Source of the DNA: Anaerolineales bacterium
GTDB lineage: Bacteria > Chloroflexota > Anaerolineae > Anaerolineales > E44-bin32
Assembly: GCA_035471625.1 (NCBI GenBank)
Contig: DATIPT010000069.1
Span: 15,757 to 79,756, forward strand
Length of the DNA stretch: 64,000 nucleotides
Direction of reading: 5' to 3'
Below are positions 37,601 to 46,584 of this stretch, piece after piece (position 1 is the stretch's first letter; the number at the start of each line of letters is the position of its first letter). The notes under the pieces were generated by a model. That model was not told the origin of the DNA and did no database searches. It saw nothing but the letters and a program-made list of their open reading frames with translations. The position numbers and the translations under genes are program-made.

Positions 37601-37957
37601 GTCCTGGCGAACCTGATGACCAACGCGGTGAACTACACAATGCCCGGGGGATCCATCACGGTCCGAACGGACACGATCGCGGATGGTCAGAACAAGTGGG
37701 CGCGCCTGTCCGTGATTGACACCGGGCTCGGGATCTCCGAGAGCGAGGCTCCGCGGCTCTTCGAGCGCTTCTTTCGGGGCTCGGCCAGTCGTGCGCGGGG
37801 TATCGCCGGAACCGGGTTGGGTCTGGCGATCTGCAAGGAAATCCTGGATCGACACGGGGGCCGGATCACGGCCGCCAGCACAGAGGGCATGGGCTCAACG
37901 TTCACCATCTGGCTTCCCGTCCAGCGGGCCAGCGAGATCGCGACAACCCCCGCCTAG
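34631..37957 (+). CDS. Multi-GAF (about five tandem GAF domains) sensor histidine kinase
   Basis: Repeated GAF endings ('VLENARLLEE', 'AIENARLYDA', 'ALANAQRYQQ', 'ALENAALYERL'). H-box 'SHELRTPLTNI', 'LMTNAVNYT', 'DTGLGI', 'GTGLGLAICKEI'. The GTG 34631 start is uncertain. Confidence 0.85.
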   Translation: MDREKQRTTPGIGSVRTAPQAAAPDVAAGIEIDPRVEGPLGAILGSLVTHAMALLKGDGGGFYLADPGERTLQCVVVTGIPSNILGKVLRYGEGAAGKVAEEKVALNVEDYRTWQGRSPQFEASAPFRAVASAPTLVRGAVVGVLHVLRTSGGDPFSAADVEVLSIFADQAGMVLENARLLEETNRRIHQLSMLNELTRVALAAGDLASMSQGLVEGIESLVGADGCHLVVWNEDESVAVPLAASGLLRETYRDIRPVAGRLTLTESSLREGRPLAVEDCRNSPFLSPEIAADCPYESMLGVPLIVEDRWMGAVLLVYRERHSFGPDEIHLCEQAGGQVALALAKVLASEADREQREQLEGLRRAGLRLTASLERQAVLEALLEEAIDLVGGIDAHIFLFDGRALTFGAALWDGTFRSAPWSEPRPEGLTWQVARSGGRVVVQDAGDHSLYRQAPWQGSIVGLPLRIGEHVRGVMTMAFGSPGAVTDGRLQILELLADQAVVAIENARLYDAADAERRRIRLLYVVSREISTSLDPAEILRRAVSLAVVHLGGNRGAGYVLEPATGRLRLVAAEPVSEVSLEEQDRKLGLRLGRGLAGWAAERREPVLASDVLHDERWVPVPGMESEGGSAMAVPIVSATDVLGSLVLLSSEPLDEGHLELFQAIARQVGLALANAQRYQQVTRRLAEWTALQQVAKVVNRRLELLPLLDEIVRQVSDVLGYPVVEISLIEGDELILQAANGSEVVGSKRLSLTQGIIGRAVRTNRPTHVPDVEADPDYVVGVPSTRSEIAVPLYKGDIVVGVLNVESPVTGGLTEEDLDLLTLLADQVSVALENAALYERLRRHTADLEATVSERTAELQTALAESRAADQLKTRFVADVSHELRTPLTNIRLYLDLLDKGRSERFADYLETLHRETNRLIDLIEDLLTVSRLDAETAEMTPVWIDLNSMAFSLVEDRRRLVSKLDLGIGFEPQSDLPLVRADERMISQVLANLMTNAVNYTMPGGSITVRTDTIADGQNKWARLSVIDTGLGISESEAPRLFERFFRGSASRARGIAGTGLGLAICKEILDRHGGRITAASTEGMGSTFTIWLPVQRASEIATTPA

Positions 37958-37966
37958 CCCTGGTTT

Positions 37967-38617
37967 CTAGAGCAGGACCGCCACAGGCTCGAAGCTGCGC
38001 CGGTGGACCGGAGACGGTCCCCAGCGACGGAGCGCCCGCAGATGAGCCTCCGTGCCGTACCCCTTGTGCTCGGAGAAGCCGTACGTGGGGTATTGGTGGG
38101 CGAGAGCGTCCATCACGCCGTCGCGGGCGACCTTGGCCAAGACGGAAGCGGCGGCAATGCTGAGAGAGCGTGAATCGCCTTGATCGATGGGCGACTGGGC
38201 AAGGGCGACGTCCGGAAGTGCGAGGTGATCGATCAGGGCGTGGCGCGGCCGCAACGACAAGGATTCCAGCGCCCGCTGCATGGCCAAGCGGGTAGCGACC
38301 AAGGGCCCGACGGCGTCTACCTCCTCCGCCTCGGCCCAGCCGATGGCCCAATCGAGGGCGATGAGGCGGATGGATGCGGCGCAACGAGCGCGCGCCGTGG
38401 CGCTGAGCGCCTTCGAGTCGCGAACGGCCTGCAGGGCCGAGGCGAGATCAAAGCGCTGAATCGGGAGGATGACGGCGGCGGCGAAAAGGGGGCCGGCGAG
38501 GGCGCCCCGCCCGACCTCGTCGATACCGGCGATCGGCAGCTCCCCGCGCCGGGCGAGGTCCCGCTCGAACTGAAGGTCTGGTCGTGCGGCGGCTTCACCG
38601 TGGGGCATAGCGTCCAC
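37967..38617 (-). CDS. rnhB: Ribonuclease HII
   Basis: 'IAGIDEVGRGALAGPLFAAAVIL', 'DSKALSATAR', 'DQGDSRSLSIAAASVLAKVARD', 'GYGTEAH'. Overlaps the upstream GT2 stop. Confidence 0.85.
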   Translation of the reverse strand: MDAMPHGEAAARPDLQFERDLARRGELPIAGIDEVGRGALAGPLFAAAVILPIQRFDLASALQAVRDSKALSATARARCAASIRLIALDWAIGWAEAEEVDAVGPLVATRLAMQRALESLSLRPRHALIDHLALPDVALAQSPIDQGDSRSLSIAAASVLAKVARDGVMDALAHQYPTYGFSEHKGYGTEAHLRALRRWGPSPVHRRSFEPVAVLL

Positions 38618-39320
38618 GACTCCAGTTGAACCGGACTCGCAGCAGGTCGGTGAACATCGCCAGCGAGTCTTGCACGAGGCGGACCCGGCTTCCGGGAACG
38701 TGGTACCAGGGAGCGGGGACCTCCAAGACGCGGTACCCGCGTTGCCTGGCGAGGAACAAGACCTCTACGTCGAAGGTCCAGCCATCGAGACGCTGAACGG
38801 AGAAGAGATCTTCGGCGACGCTGGCGCGGAACGACTTGAACCCGCACTGGGTATCGCGGATGCCCGGAACAACGAGCAACTGGACCAGCAAGTTGAAGGC
38901 CCGACCGAACCAGTGGCGGTGTGCGGGTTCGTCGTAGCGGACGGCCCCCGCTGCTTCACGCGAGGCAATGGCGATATCGTAGCCATCGAGGGTCGGAGGC
39001 AGAAAGCGCGGGAGTTGCTCGATCGGCATCGACAGGTCGGCATCGCACATGAACCGAACGTCGCCGGAAGCGGCCAACATGCCGCGCCGCACTGCGCGGC
39101 CCTTCCCGGCGATCGGCTCGCGCAGCAAGCGCAGGCTTGGCAGGCTGCGCATCATCTCCTCGACGATCCCGGCGGTGTTGTCCTGGCTACCGTTCTCAAC
39201 GACCAGAACTTCCGAAGCGTACGGTTGCTGGGCAAGGTAGCTGCCGACGCGGCGCAGCGTCGTCGGCAGGCGCACTTCTTCATTGTGGGCCGGGATGATC
39301 ACGCTGAGAAACGGGTTCAA
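38595..39320 (-). CDS. Family 2 glycosyltransferase (polyprenol-phosphate sugar transferase-like)
   Basis: 'LSVIIPAHNEEVRLPTTL', 'EVLVVENGSQDNT', 'VRFMCDADLSMP' (DxD region). Confidence 0.85.
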   Translation of the reverse strand: MNPFLSVIIPAHNEEVRLPTTLRRVGSYLAQQPYASEVLVVENGSQDNTAGIVEEMMRSLPSLRLLREPIAGKGRAVRRGMLAASGDVRFMCDADLSMPIEQLPRFLPPTLDGYDIAIASREAAGAVRYDEPAHRHWFGRAFNLLVQLLVVPGIRDTQCGFKSFRASVAEDLFSVQRLDGWTFDVEVLFLARQRGYRVLEVPAPWYHVPGSRVRLVQDSLAMFTDLLRVRFNWSRGRYAPR

Positions 39321-39327
39321 AGGGGAG

Positions 39328-40167
39328 TCAGCCCAGGAGATTCGGATAGAGGATCAGCGCCGCGAACGCCGACAAGATGCATGCCTCGACGACGACCATG
39401 ACCACGAGCAAGGTGATCTGTCGACGTTGGAGCCGGGCTCGTCGTCGCCGCGGCCGGGGGGGGACTTTGCGTTGGTCGAGTTGGAAAGGTCCCGCCTCGT
39501 CGAGGGCCTGTGGGGCCTCGGGCAGAGGCCGAGAGGGGCGGACCGGCCTGGCCTCCGGCTGGACCTCCGGTTCCGGCTCCGGCGGGTGAAGCAGCACGTT
39601 CACCAGAATCTGCACGTCCTCGCCGTCCATGATCGGGGGACGCTCACGCAGGCTTCCGGCGAAGTGCTCGATGGCGTCGGCGAGGACGATCCGGGCCTCG
39701 GGGTGAACGGTGTCGACATGGGCCGCCGGGTTGGTGAACGCCAGCACCGGCTCGACCTGCGGGACCTCGTAGCCGGCGTCGCGGAAGTAGCGGCGCAGGA
39801 CTTCGGCGGTGTCGAAGGCCGCCTGTTGAAGGTTCGGCCGAGCGGGGCGGAAGCGGCCGCCGGCATGGGTCAGCCACTCGGCACCCTTGGCGCGGTAGAC
39901 GCCCTTGGTACCCGAGGGCTGGATCACGAATACGCCGGGGGGGCCGATCAGGATCAGTGAAGCGATCAGGCCGGTCCCCGGAACGAGTGCGTTTCGGATC
40001 AAGACGAAGTCGTTCGGCAAGTTCCGGCCGAGCTGGTCGCTGACGCCTTCCTGGGCCTGCATCTGGCCGTACCAGGCCGTCCCGAAGCGGAGCGTGGCAC
40101 GCAGGCGGTTCTGGAAGGTGATCCCCATCCCTTCTTCGCGGAACTCAGACCGTTCAATGACTCGCAT
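39328..40167 (-). CDS. NERD-like domain protein with Pro-rich linker and C-terminal TM anchor
   Basis: 'GVSDQLGRNLPNDFVLIRNALVP...LILIGPPGVFVIQPSGTKGVY...EW' follows the NERD layout. C-terminal 'ITLLVVMVVVEACILSAFAALIL'. Confidence 0.55.
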   Translation of the reverse strand: MRVIERSEFREEGMGITFQNRLRATLRFGTAWYGQMQAQEGVSDQLGRNLPNDFVLIRNALVPGTGLIASLILIGPPGVFVIQPSGTKGVYRAKGAEWLTHAGGRFRPARPNLQQAAFDTAEVLRRYFRDAGYEVPQVEPVLAFTNPAAHVDTVHPEARIVLADAIEHFAGSLRERPPIMDGEDVQILVNVLLHPPEPEPEVQPEARPVRPSRPLPEAPQALDEAGPFQLDQRKVPPRPRRRRARLQRRQITLLVVMVVVEACILSAFAALILYPNLLG

Positions 40168-40243
40168 GGCGCCTCGTCCAGATTATAGGTCAGTCTCGCG
40201 GCGAGACAAACGCCGGAGGTACAATGCAGGGAGGGCACGTTTC

Positions 40244-41569
40244 ATGCCACGGAGAGCCATCCTGACCTGGGTCGCCGTCGTGCTGTGGACTGGCGCCTCG
40301 ACCGTCCCGCCGCCGCAGACCGAACCCGGCCCCGTAGTCGTCCTTTCGGTAGAGGGCCCGCTCACTCAGGCGTCGGCCGAGTACCTCGAGCGAGGCCTCC
40401 GGGTAGCCGAGCAGGGCGGGGCGTCCCTCGTTGTTCTTGAGATCGACACCCCCGGCGGCTCCGTCGACGTCATGAACCGCATGGTGCAGCAGATCCGCGG
40501 CAGCGCGGTGCCCGTCGCCGTCTATGTCTCGCCCCGCGGGGCGATCGCGGGCAGCGCTGGGACCCTGCTGGTGCTGGCCGGGCACGTCGCCGCCATGGCG
40601 CCGGAGACGGCGATCGGCGCCGCGAGCCCTGTCGGCGCGCAAGGCGAGGACCTGGGTGAAACCCTGGCCGCCAAGACGCGCGAAATCCTCAAGGCCACCG
40701 TACGCAGTTTGGCCGCCTGGCGCGGGGAGGCGGCGGTCGGGATGGCGGAGTCGGCAATCGATGAGGCCTCGGCGGCGTCCGCCGAGGAGGCCCTGGCCTC
40801 TGGGATGGTGGACCTGATCGCCTCGGACCTCACCGAGCTCTTGGCCCAACTTGACGGTCGATCGGTGGCGGGAAGCCAGGGGCCGGTTGTGCTCCAGACG
40901 GCCGCAAGCGATCTCGAGCGCGTCGAGCCCACGCTCGTGGAACAGTTGCTTCAGGCGCTCACCAACCCTAATCTCGTCTTTCTGCTCCTTTCACTAGGAG
41001 TCCAGGCGATCCTGATCGAACTCTCAAGTCCTGGGGGGTGGGTCGCCGGTTTCATCGGCGTCGTGGCGCTGGCCCTCGGAGCCTACGGGTTGGGGATCCT
41101 CCCGGTCAACTGGTTTGGTTTGGTGTTCATTGCTGCCGCCCTCGTTCTCTTCATCTTGGACTTGAAAGCCCCGACCCACGGGGCCCTGACTGCGGCCGGA
41201 CTCGGCAGCTTCATCGTCGGTGCGCTCGTCCTCTTCAACTCGCCTGGGACACCCTCCTTCCAGCGCGTGTCCGTCCCACTCGTTGTCAGCGTTGGCGTCT
41301 TCATGGCCGGGCTGTTCTTCGTCCTGCTGACGTTTGTCGTTCGGGCCCAGCGCCGGCCGGTCGTGGTCGGCGCGCCGGCGGTCATCGGCAAGATCGGCGA
41401 GGTTCGGCGACGCCTGAACCCGAGCGGCCAGGTCCAGGTCGCGGGCGAGCTGTGGGCGGCCGAGGTGGAAGACGAGGGGATGATGATTGAAGAGGGCACC
41501 CGCGTTGAGGTCACCGGTGTGGAAGGCCTGCGCCTGCGGGTCAGGCCCTCGGGGAAGAAGCCCGGTTGA
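40244..41569 (+). CDS. NfeD-family membrane-bound ClpP-class serine protease
   Basis: 'VLEIDTPGGSVDVMNRMVQQI', 'AGSAGTLLVLAGHVAAMAPETAIGAASPV', a central TM bundle and a C-terminal OB-like 'GQVQVAGELWAAEVED...RVEVTGVEGLRLRV'. Confidence 0.8.
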   Translation: MPRRAILTWVAVVLWTGASTVPPPQTEPGPVVVLSVEGPLTQASAEYLERGLRVAEQGGASLVVLEIDTPGGSVDVMNRMVQQIRGSAVPVAVYVSPRGAIAGSAGTLLVLAGHVAAMAPETAIGAASPVGAQGEDLGETLAAKTREILKATVRSLAAWRGEAAVGMAESAIDEASAASAEEALASGMVDLIASDLTELLAQLDGRSVAGSQGPVVLQTAASDLERVEPTLVEQLLQALTNPNLVFLLLSLGVQAILIELSSPGGWVAGFIGVVALALGAYGLGILPVNWFGLVFIAAALVLFILDLKAPTHGALTAAGLGSFIVGALVLFNSPGTPSFQRVSVPLVVSVGVFMAGLFFVLLTFVVRAQRRPVVVGAPAVIGKIGEVRRRLNPSGQVQVAGELWAAEVEDEGMMIEEGTRVEVTGVEGLRLRVRPSGKKPG

Positions 41570-41630
41570 CGTTGCCTCTCTGCGACTGTACACTAGCCAC
41601 ACTTCGTTCGGTCGGCATAAGGAGATACCC

Positions 41631-42209
41631 ATGGCAGACGGATCCAGCCGCCTGATCGTTCGGACCGGTCCCAATCCGGGGACCGTCTTCGACCTGACCA
41701 AGGAAGTCACGATGCTCGGCCGGGATGTAACCAACGACATCCCGTTGGGAGACGCCGAGATTTCCCGCCAACACGCGCGTCTGACGCGTACCCCTGGTGG
41801 GATGGTCCTAGAGGATCTGGGATCGACCAACGGGACCTTCGTCAATGGGGAGCGATTGACCTCACCGCGGGTCCTGCAATCGGGTGATCTTGTCGGAATG
41901 GGCGAGAACGTGACCCTGACGTACGAGTCGACTTTGCCGGAAGGTGCTGCAACCGTGATGGGTGCGGCGGCGCGCGTGTCACCGCCGCGGCAGGCCGCCC
42001 CGCCGCGGCAGGCGCCGCCACCGCCGCCCCCCGCGGCGCAGGTGGCCGTTCCTGGCGAGGAGCCCGCGGGTCGGACGGGAGTCGGGCGCTGGGCCGTCGC
42101 CGGATGCGGTTGCCTGCTCATCCTGGTCGCGTGTGTCGGTCTGCTGTGGTTCCTGGATGCCTACTATCCGGATGTTCTCTACGCGCCATTGGGTTGGTTC
42201 GGTTTCTGA
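41631..42209 (+). CDS. FHA-domain protein with Pro-rich linker and C-terminal TM
   Basis: RBS AAGGAGA. 'LGRDVTNDIPLGDAEISRQHARL...LEDLGSTNGTFVNGERL'. C-terminal 'WAVAGCGCLLILVACVGLLWFL'. Confidence 0.85.
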   Translation: MADGSSRLIVRTGPNPGTVFDLTKEVTMLGRDVTNDIPLGDAEISRQHARLTRTPGGMVLEDLGSTNGTFVNGERLTSPRVLQSGDLVGMGENVTLTYESTLPEGAATVMGAAARVSPPRQAAPPRQAPPPPPPAAQVAVPGEEPAGRTGVGRWAVAGCGCLLILVACVGLLWFLDAYYPDVLYAPLGWFGF

Positions 42210-42233
42210 GAGAGGTGCGTTGTTCACCCATCC

Positions 42234-42268
42234 AAGGCGGCCGGAAGGCCGCCTTCTTGCTTCTCTGT
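42234..42268 (+). terminator. Intrinsic terminator after the FHA gene
   Basis: AAGGCGGCC-GGAA-GGCCGCCTT (9-bp stem, GNRA-like loop) followed by T-rich CTTGCTTCTCT. Confidence 0.6.
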
Positions 42269-42285
42269 CAAGACGTGGACTCGCG

Positions 42286-42291
42286 TAGAAT
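42286..42291 (+). promoter_or_regulatory. -10 box TAGAAT 6 nt upstream of the pcm ATG - leaderless candidate
   Basis: TAGAAT at 42286-42291, ATG at 42298, no SD. Confidence 0.35.
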
Positions 42292-42297
42292 GGTCAT

Positions 42298-43077
42298 ATG
42301 AGACGCTGGCTTCTCATCGGGGGCTTGGCAGTGGTTGTCGTCGTTGGCGGCGCAGCCATTGCGGTCTATCTGAGAGCCGACGAGGTTCCCGAGGCGCCCG
42401 ATGGGCCATCGGTCGAGGACCCGACGATGGCGGCTAGGCGCGCCCAGTTGGTCCAGGAGGGCGTCATCGGGTGGGGAGTGCAAGATCCCGAGGTCATCGA
42501 TGCCCTGCGCACTGTCCCTCGACACCTCTTTGTCCCTTCCGACTACCTCGACCAGGCCTATGCGAACCATCCCCTGCCGATCGGATACGGCCAGACGATC
42601 TCGCAGCCGTACATCGTCGCCCTCATGACGGAAGCGCTGGGAATCGAGGCCGGCGACAAGGTGCTTGAGATTGGCACGGGTTCTGGGTATCAGGCGGCCG
42701 TGCTGGCCGAGGTCGGTGCCGAGGTCTTCTCGATCGAGATCATCGAGCCCCTGGCGGCGGCGGCGACTGAGCGTCTGGGACAGCTGGGATATGGCTCGGT
42801 CCGCACCCGGGCGGCGGACGGCTACTACGGATGGCCCGATGAAGCCCCCTTCGACGCCATCATCGTGACCGCCGCGCCCGACCATGTCCCCCAGCCCCTC
42901 TTGTCCCAGCTGGCGCAGGGCGGGGTCATGGTCATCCCGGTCGGCCCGCAAGGTGGGTATCAGGAACTGTGGCAGATCACCCGTGTCGATCTAGATCGCT
43001 TCGACACCCTCAGCCTGGGCGGAGTACGCTTCGTCCCGCTGGTTCACCCTTCTGAAGGCTTCGGTCCCGAAGAGTAG
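42298..43077 (+). CDS. pcm: Protein-L-isoaspartate O-methyltransferase with N-terminal TM
   Basis: 'VPRHLFVP', 'GQTISQPYIVALMTE', 'VLEIGTGSGYQAAVLAE', 'IIVTAAPDHVPQPLLSQLAQGGVMVIPVG'. Confidence 0.85.
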   Translation: MRRWLLIGGLAVVVVVGGAAIAVYLRADEVPEAPDGPSVEDPTMAARRAQLVQEGVIGWGVQDPEVIDALRTVPRHLFVPSDYLDQAYANHPLPIGYGQTISQPYIVALMTEALGIEAGDKVLEIGTGSGYQAAVLAEVGAEVFSIEIIEPLAAAATERLGQLGYGSVRTRAADGYYGWPDEAPFDAIIVTAAPDHVPQPLLSQLAQGGVMVIPVGPQGGYQELWQITRVDLDRFDTLSLGGVRFVPLVHPSEGFGPEE

Positions 43078-43083
43078 CCTCGC

Positions 43084-45450
43084 TCAGGTAGGCTGGGCCG
43101 GAGGGCTCTGGAAGACGAGGCCGGCGATGAGGTAGGCCAGGCCGCCGAGGATCAGACTGGCGGTCAACCCCAAGTCGAGCATCACCATTGACGATAAGAC
43201 CCCGGCAACCCCGGAGGCAGCGCCGTTGACAGCCCAGGCCAGGCCGACGGCGGCGCGGTCGCCGGCGGCATATCTTCGGATCCCGGCCGGGAACGGCGCA
43301 CCCATCAGGAGTCCCAGCGGGACTAGGAAGACCAGCGCCAACAGGGCTCGTCCGGCGATAGGCCATCCGAGGATCTGTGGAAGGAGTGCCCGCAACAGGA
43401 TTGCCAGGGCGACCGCCATCGCAGCCAACGCGAACAGGATCGGGCGGGTCGGCCAGCGATCCGAAAGGCGACTGCCGACGCCGGATGCCAGGAGGAGGGT
43501 GGTGACGACGAAGATGAACGCCGCGGTCGGGCGTTCGAGGGGCAGCGTCAATCGCTGGAGCATCGAGACCTCGACAAGAAGGAAGCCGCCCCCGATCGCG
43601 CCGAAGAAGATCCATCCGTCCCCTGGCAAACGGCCGCGCCCACGCCTGGAGCGTGCGGCGGCGGCGAGCAGGCCTCCCGCCAGCGCAATCACCAGCAGCA
43701 GGAGAGCCAGCAGAACAAGGTAGCCGCTGCCGCCAAAGGGCTGCCACGTCCGCCCCAGCGCGGCCAGGGCTTCGGAAGTCTGTTCCCACCGGAAGAAATG
43801 GAAGAAGAACGGCCGATCATCCGTCGCGGGCTCGACGCGGAAAGGATAGGACTCGATGAGTCCCTCAGGATCGGCCAAGAGCTGGCGGAAGAGATCCGGA
43901 TACGGATCGTTCGGGATCCGGATGAACCGGTTCGTCTCTTCCGACTGCAAACGGGGCCAGTAGATGGGATCGAAGCCGTTGCGCTCAAGAAAGACGCGCA
44001 CCGTCTGGAGTTCGGCCTGGGTCCATGGATCGAGGGAGGCGATCAATGTGGACGTGCGCAGAGTCCGGAAGGCGATGACCCGCTCGGCCGGCTCAAGGCC
44101 TTGCCGTCGCAGGGCCGTCACGGCCGTGGTCCAGGCGCGCAGCGACTCGGCCGGAGGCGTTGTGAGCCACCGGTCGACAAGGAGCAGACCTCCCGGTCGG
44201 AGTCGGCGAATTGCCGCACCAAAGGCTTCGAGGGTCAGGTCGTCGGTCTCGGTCAGGCTGAAAGCCCCCGACGCAACCGGTCGGAAAGGGTCTGAAAGAG
44301 CGAACCGGACGATCTCGTAGCTCTGGTCGGTCCGTTCCAGTGCGCTGCGGCTGTTGGAGGCAAGCCACCGGACTCGGGGGTGCTCGAGCACGGAGTGTGT
44401 GTAGTCGCGGTGGGACGCGAGGAGGGCGTCGGCCACAAGAGGCTCGTCGATCGGAAGGGTCACCGACTTCGCTCCACAGCCCACAGCGAGGGCGGCGTCG
44501 AACCCGGCTGCGGAGCGCACGACCAAGACCTCGGCACCGGGTCGCAGGGCGCAGCCGATCCCGATGGGCAGCGCATCCGCCAGATCTCGGGAGGTGGGGC
44601 CATCGGGATCGAGTGCCGTGGCCGGCCAGGGCCCATCGCCGTCGAGGAAGATGCCCGCTTGAGCGGGAAGGTCGCCGGTGTAGCCGAGGCTGAGCCCGGG
44701 GTAGCTGTGCACGCCAGCGCTCTCGAGGATCTCCAGCCGCGCCGACATGCTCTCGCGGAATACGGCAACTCTGGCTCCCGGGTAGGTTCGGGCCTGGGCG
44801 AGGGCTTTGTTCGGCGAGAGCTGCAGGTGAAGCCAGGGGGGAGGCTGAACTGCGAGCCCAATCAGGAGGAGCGATCCGAGTGCAGCCGTCCAGCGCATCG
44901 CCTTGGGCTCGGAGAGCCATGCAGCACTGGCAAGGCCGGTTGCGGCGGCGAACAAGATCGCCGACTCGAGACGGCCGAGGCTTGTGGCCAGGAGCGCCAG
45001 CAGGGGGCCGGCTGCGGACCCGATGAGGCTGGCGGCGTACGTCGGGCCGGGGGCATCGCCGGCGGCCGCCAGGGCGGCGCCGGTGAACCACCCGGCGAAG
45101 AAGAAGGGGAGCCCGGCGCTCCCAAAGTACAGGATGAGAATCAGCACCTGGCGCCGGTCCCAGGCAACGGCGTACGAGTCGAACGGGAAGGCGTTGAGGA
45201 GGCCGTACGCCAGGACGATCGAGATCGAGGTGGCGACGGCCAGGCGGGCGGGGGAGGCCGGGCGGCTGCGCAATGCCAGGGCCGTCCCGCCGGCCGCCGT
45301 TCCCAGGACGGCCAGGCTCACAACAAGGAAGGCGAAGTGATAAAACTGCTGTATCGCGTACAGCCGCAGCAGCGCGACCTCGAAGCACAGCGCTCCGGCC
45401 GACAGCAAGAACAAGGCGACGGCAGGACGGAAAGAGGAACCGTGTGTCAT
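43084..45450 (-). CDS. Fused polytopic membrane / spermidine-synthase-like (class I methyltransferase fold) protein
   Basis: N- and C-terminal multi-TM blocks flank a soluble region ('VLVVRSAAGFDAALAVGCGAKSVT', 'LRPGGLLLV'). Start ATG 45450. The 205-codon track extension overlaps mgsA on the opposite strand and is rejected. Confidence 0.7.
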   Translation of the reverse strand: MTHGSSFRPAVALFLLSAGALCFEVALLRLYAIQQFYHFAFLVVSLAVLGTAAGGTALALRSRPASPARLAVATSISIVLAYGLLNAFPFDSYAVAWDRRQVLILILYFGSAGLPFFFAGWFTGAALAAAGDAPGPTYAASLIGSAAGPLLALLATSLGRLESAILFAAATGLASAAWLSEPKAMRWTAALGSLLLIGLAVQPPPWLHLQLSPNKALAQARTYPGARVAVFRESMSARLEILESAGVHSYPGLSLGYTGDLPAQAGIFLDGDGPWPATALDPDGPTSRDLADALPIGIGCALRPGAEVLVVRSAAGFDAALAVGCGAKSVTLPIDEPLVADALLASHRDYTHSVLEHPRVRWLASNSRSALERTDQSYEIVRFALSDPFRPVASGAFSLTETDDLTLEAFGAAIRRLRPGGLLLVDRWLTTPPAESLRAWTTAVTALRRQGLEPAERVIAFRTLRTSTLIASLDPWTQAELQTVRVFLERNGFDPIYWPRLQSEETNRFIRIPNDPYPDLFRQLLADPEGLIESYPFRVEPATDDRPFFFHFFRWEQTSEALAALGRTWQPFGGSGYLVLLALLLLVIALAGGLLAAAARSRRGRGRLPGDGWIFFGAIGGGFLLVEVSMLQRLTLPLERPTAAFIFVVTTLLLASGVGSRLSDRWPTRPILFALAAMAVALAILLRALLPQILGWPIAGRALLALVFLVPLGLLMGAPFPAGIRRYAAGDRAAVGLAWAVNGAASGVAGVLSSMVMLDLGLTASLILGGLAYLIAGLVFQSPPAQPT

Positions 45451-45510
45451 AGCCGCCTGCGTTGATTGTACGCGCGATCGAGGAACGGACTTTGACCCAG
45501 GAGGACGAAC

Positions 45511-45963
45511 GTGCACACTTCTCTCGAGATGCCTGTCCGCAAACGCGTGGCCCTGGTCGCTCACGACAATCGCAAGAATGATCTGTTGGATTGGGCGGTC
45601 TACAACCGAGATTCTCTCGCCGGGCACGACTTGTTCGCCACGGGTCGGACGGGCAACATGCTGGCCGAGGCCCTGCACCTCCCGGTACAGCGCCTGATCC
45701 ATGGCCCCCTTGGCGGCGACCAACAGCTCGGGGCGCGCATCGCCGAGAACGAGATCGATTTTCTGGTGTTCTTCTGGGATCCGCTGCAGCCGATGCCGCA
45801 CGACCCGGACGTCAAGGCCTTGCTGCGGATCGCCGTGCTCTACAACGTGCCGACGGCGTGCAATCGGGCGACGGCCGACTTCCTGATCTCGTCGCCGCTG
45901 ATGCAGGCTAGCTACGAGCGGATCATCCCCGACTACCTGTCCCGGCTGACGGGCGAGGCCTGA
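45511..45963 (+). CDS. mgsA: Methylglyoxal synthase
   Basis: 'VALVAHDNRKNDLL', 'ATGRTGNML', 'GPLGGDQQLGA', 'FFWDPLQPMPHDPDVKALLR'. GTG 45511 after AGGAGG. Confidence 0.9.
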   Translation: MHTSLEMPVRKRVALVAHDNRKNDLLDWAVYNRDSLAGHDLFATGRTGNMLAEALHLPVQRLIHGPLGGDQQLGARIAENEIDFLVFFWDPLQPMPHDPDVKALLRIAVLYNVPTACNRATADFLISSPLMQASYERIIPDYLSRLTGEA

Positions 45964-46161
45964 GGATCGTCCAGGCTCCCTGCCCATCGCTCCGTGAGAC
46001 TTGGGAGGGGTACGTGTCGGGTGCGGGGGTCCGCGCCCCCCCCGTGCGACATCACAGTGGCTCAATGCACCAGTTAACGAGGCTCATACATTGGGCCTAC
46101 TCCGGTCTAATACGGGGAGCTCAGAATGCGGGCAATCTGAAACACGGTTGGAGGTATCAAA

Positions 46162-46557
46162 ATGATGAGGTACTACTGGAGAACGCCCGCCCGCATTTCC
46201 CGCACGAACGCCGCGTGGGGATACACCGGTGGAAGCCGCATGCCGGTTGATATTCGTGAAGACGACGAAGCCTACCGGATCACCGCCGCCGTCCCCGGGC
46301 TGAAGGCCGACGACGTGGAGATCCAGGTCTTGGAGGATGTCGTCACCCTGCGCGTCAAGACCGAGGCCGAAGACGAGGAACGACCGGCCTACCTGCTGCG
46401 CGAGATCCGTGAGGGGAACATGGAGCGCAGCTTCCGCCTCCCGGCTCCGATTGATCCGGCCGGCGCCGAGGCGACGGTCGAGGACGGGATGCTCCATCTG
46501 CTCCTGCCCAAGGCCGAGGTCGTCCGGCCCAAGATGATCACCGTCAAGTCCAAGTAA
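46162..46557 (+). CDS. Hsp20/alpha-crystallin small heat-shock protein
   Basis: 'VDIREDDEAYRITAAVPGLKADDVEIQVLEDVVTL' ... 'FRLPAPIDPAGAEATVEDGMLHLLLPK'. GGAGG RBS. Confidence 0.85.
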   Translation: MMRYYWRTPARISRTNAAWGYTGGSRMPVDIREDDEAYRITAAVPGLKADDVEIQVLEDVVTLRVKTEAEDEERPAYLLREIREGNMERSFRLPAPIDPAGAEATVEDGMLHLLLPKAEVVRPKMITVKSK

Positions 46558-46584
46558 CCTCGCGAAGCAGCCTCTCATTGCCAG

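Noticed and set aside
45451-46065. 205-codon N-terminal extension of the 993-aa minus-strand ORF (43084..46065)
   Set aside because: The extension overlaps mgsA (clear methylglyoxal synthase motifs) on the opposite strand and looks non-protein-like. The membrane protein begins sensibly at ATG 45450 ('MTHGSSFRPAVALFLL').
45964-46161. Relatively AT-rich ~200-nt leader of hsp20 as a heat-shock operator or RNA thermometer
   Set aside because: I found no CIRCE (TTAGCACTC-N9-GAGTGCTAA), HAIR (CTTGAGT-N7-ACTCAAG) or sigma32-type promoter. The best anti-SD match (CCUACUCC at 46096-46103 against GGAGG at 46150-46154) is only 4-5 bp. The evidence is insufficient.
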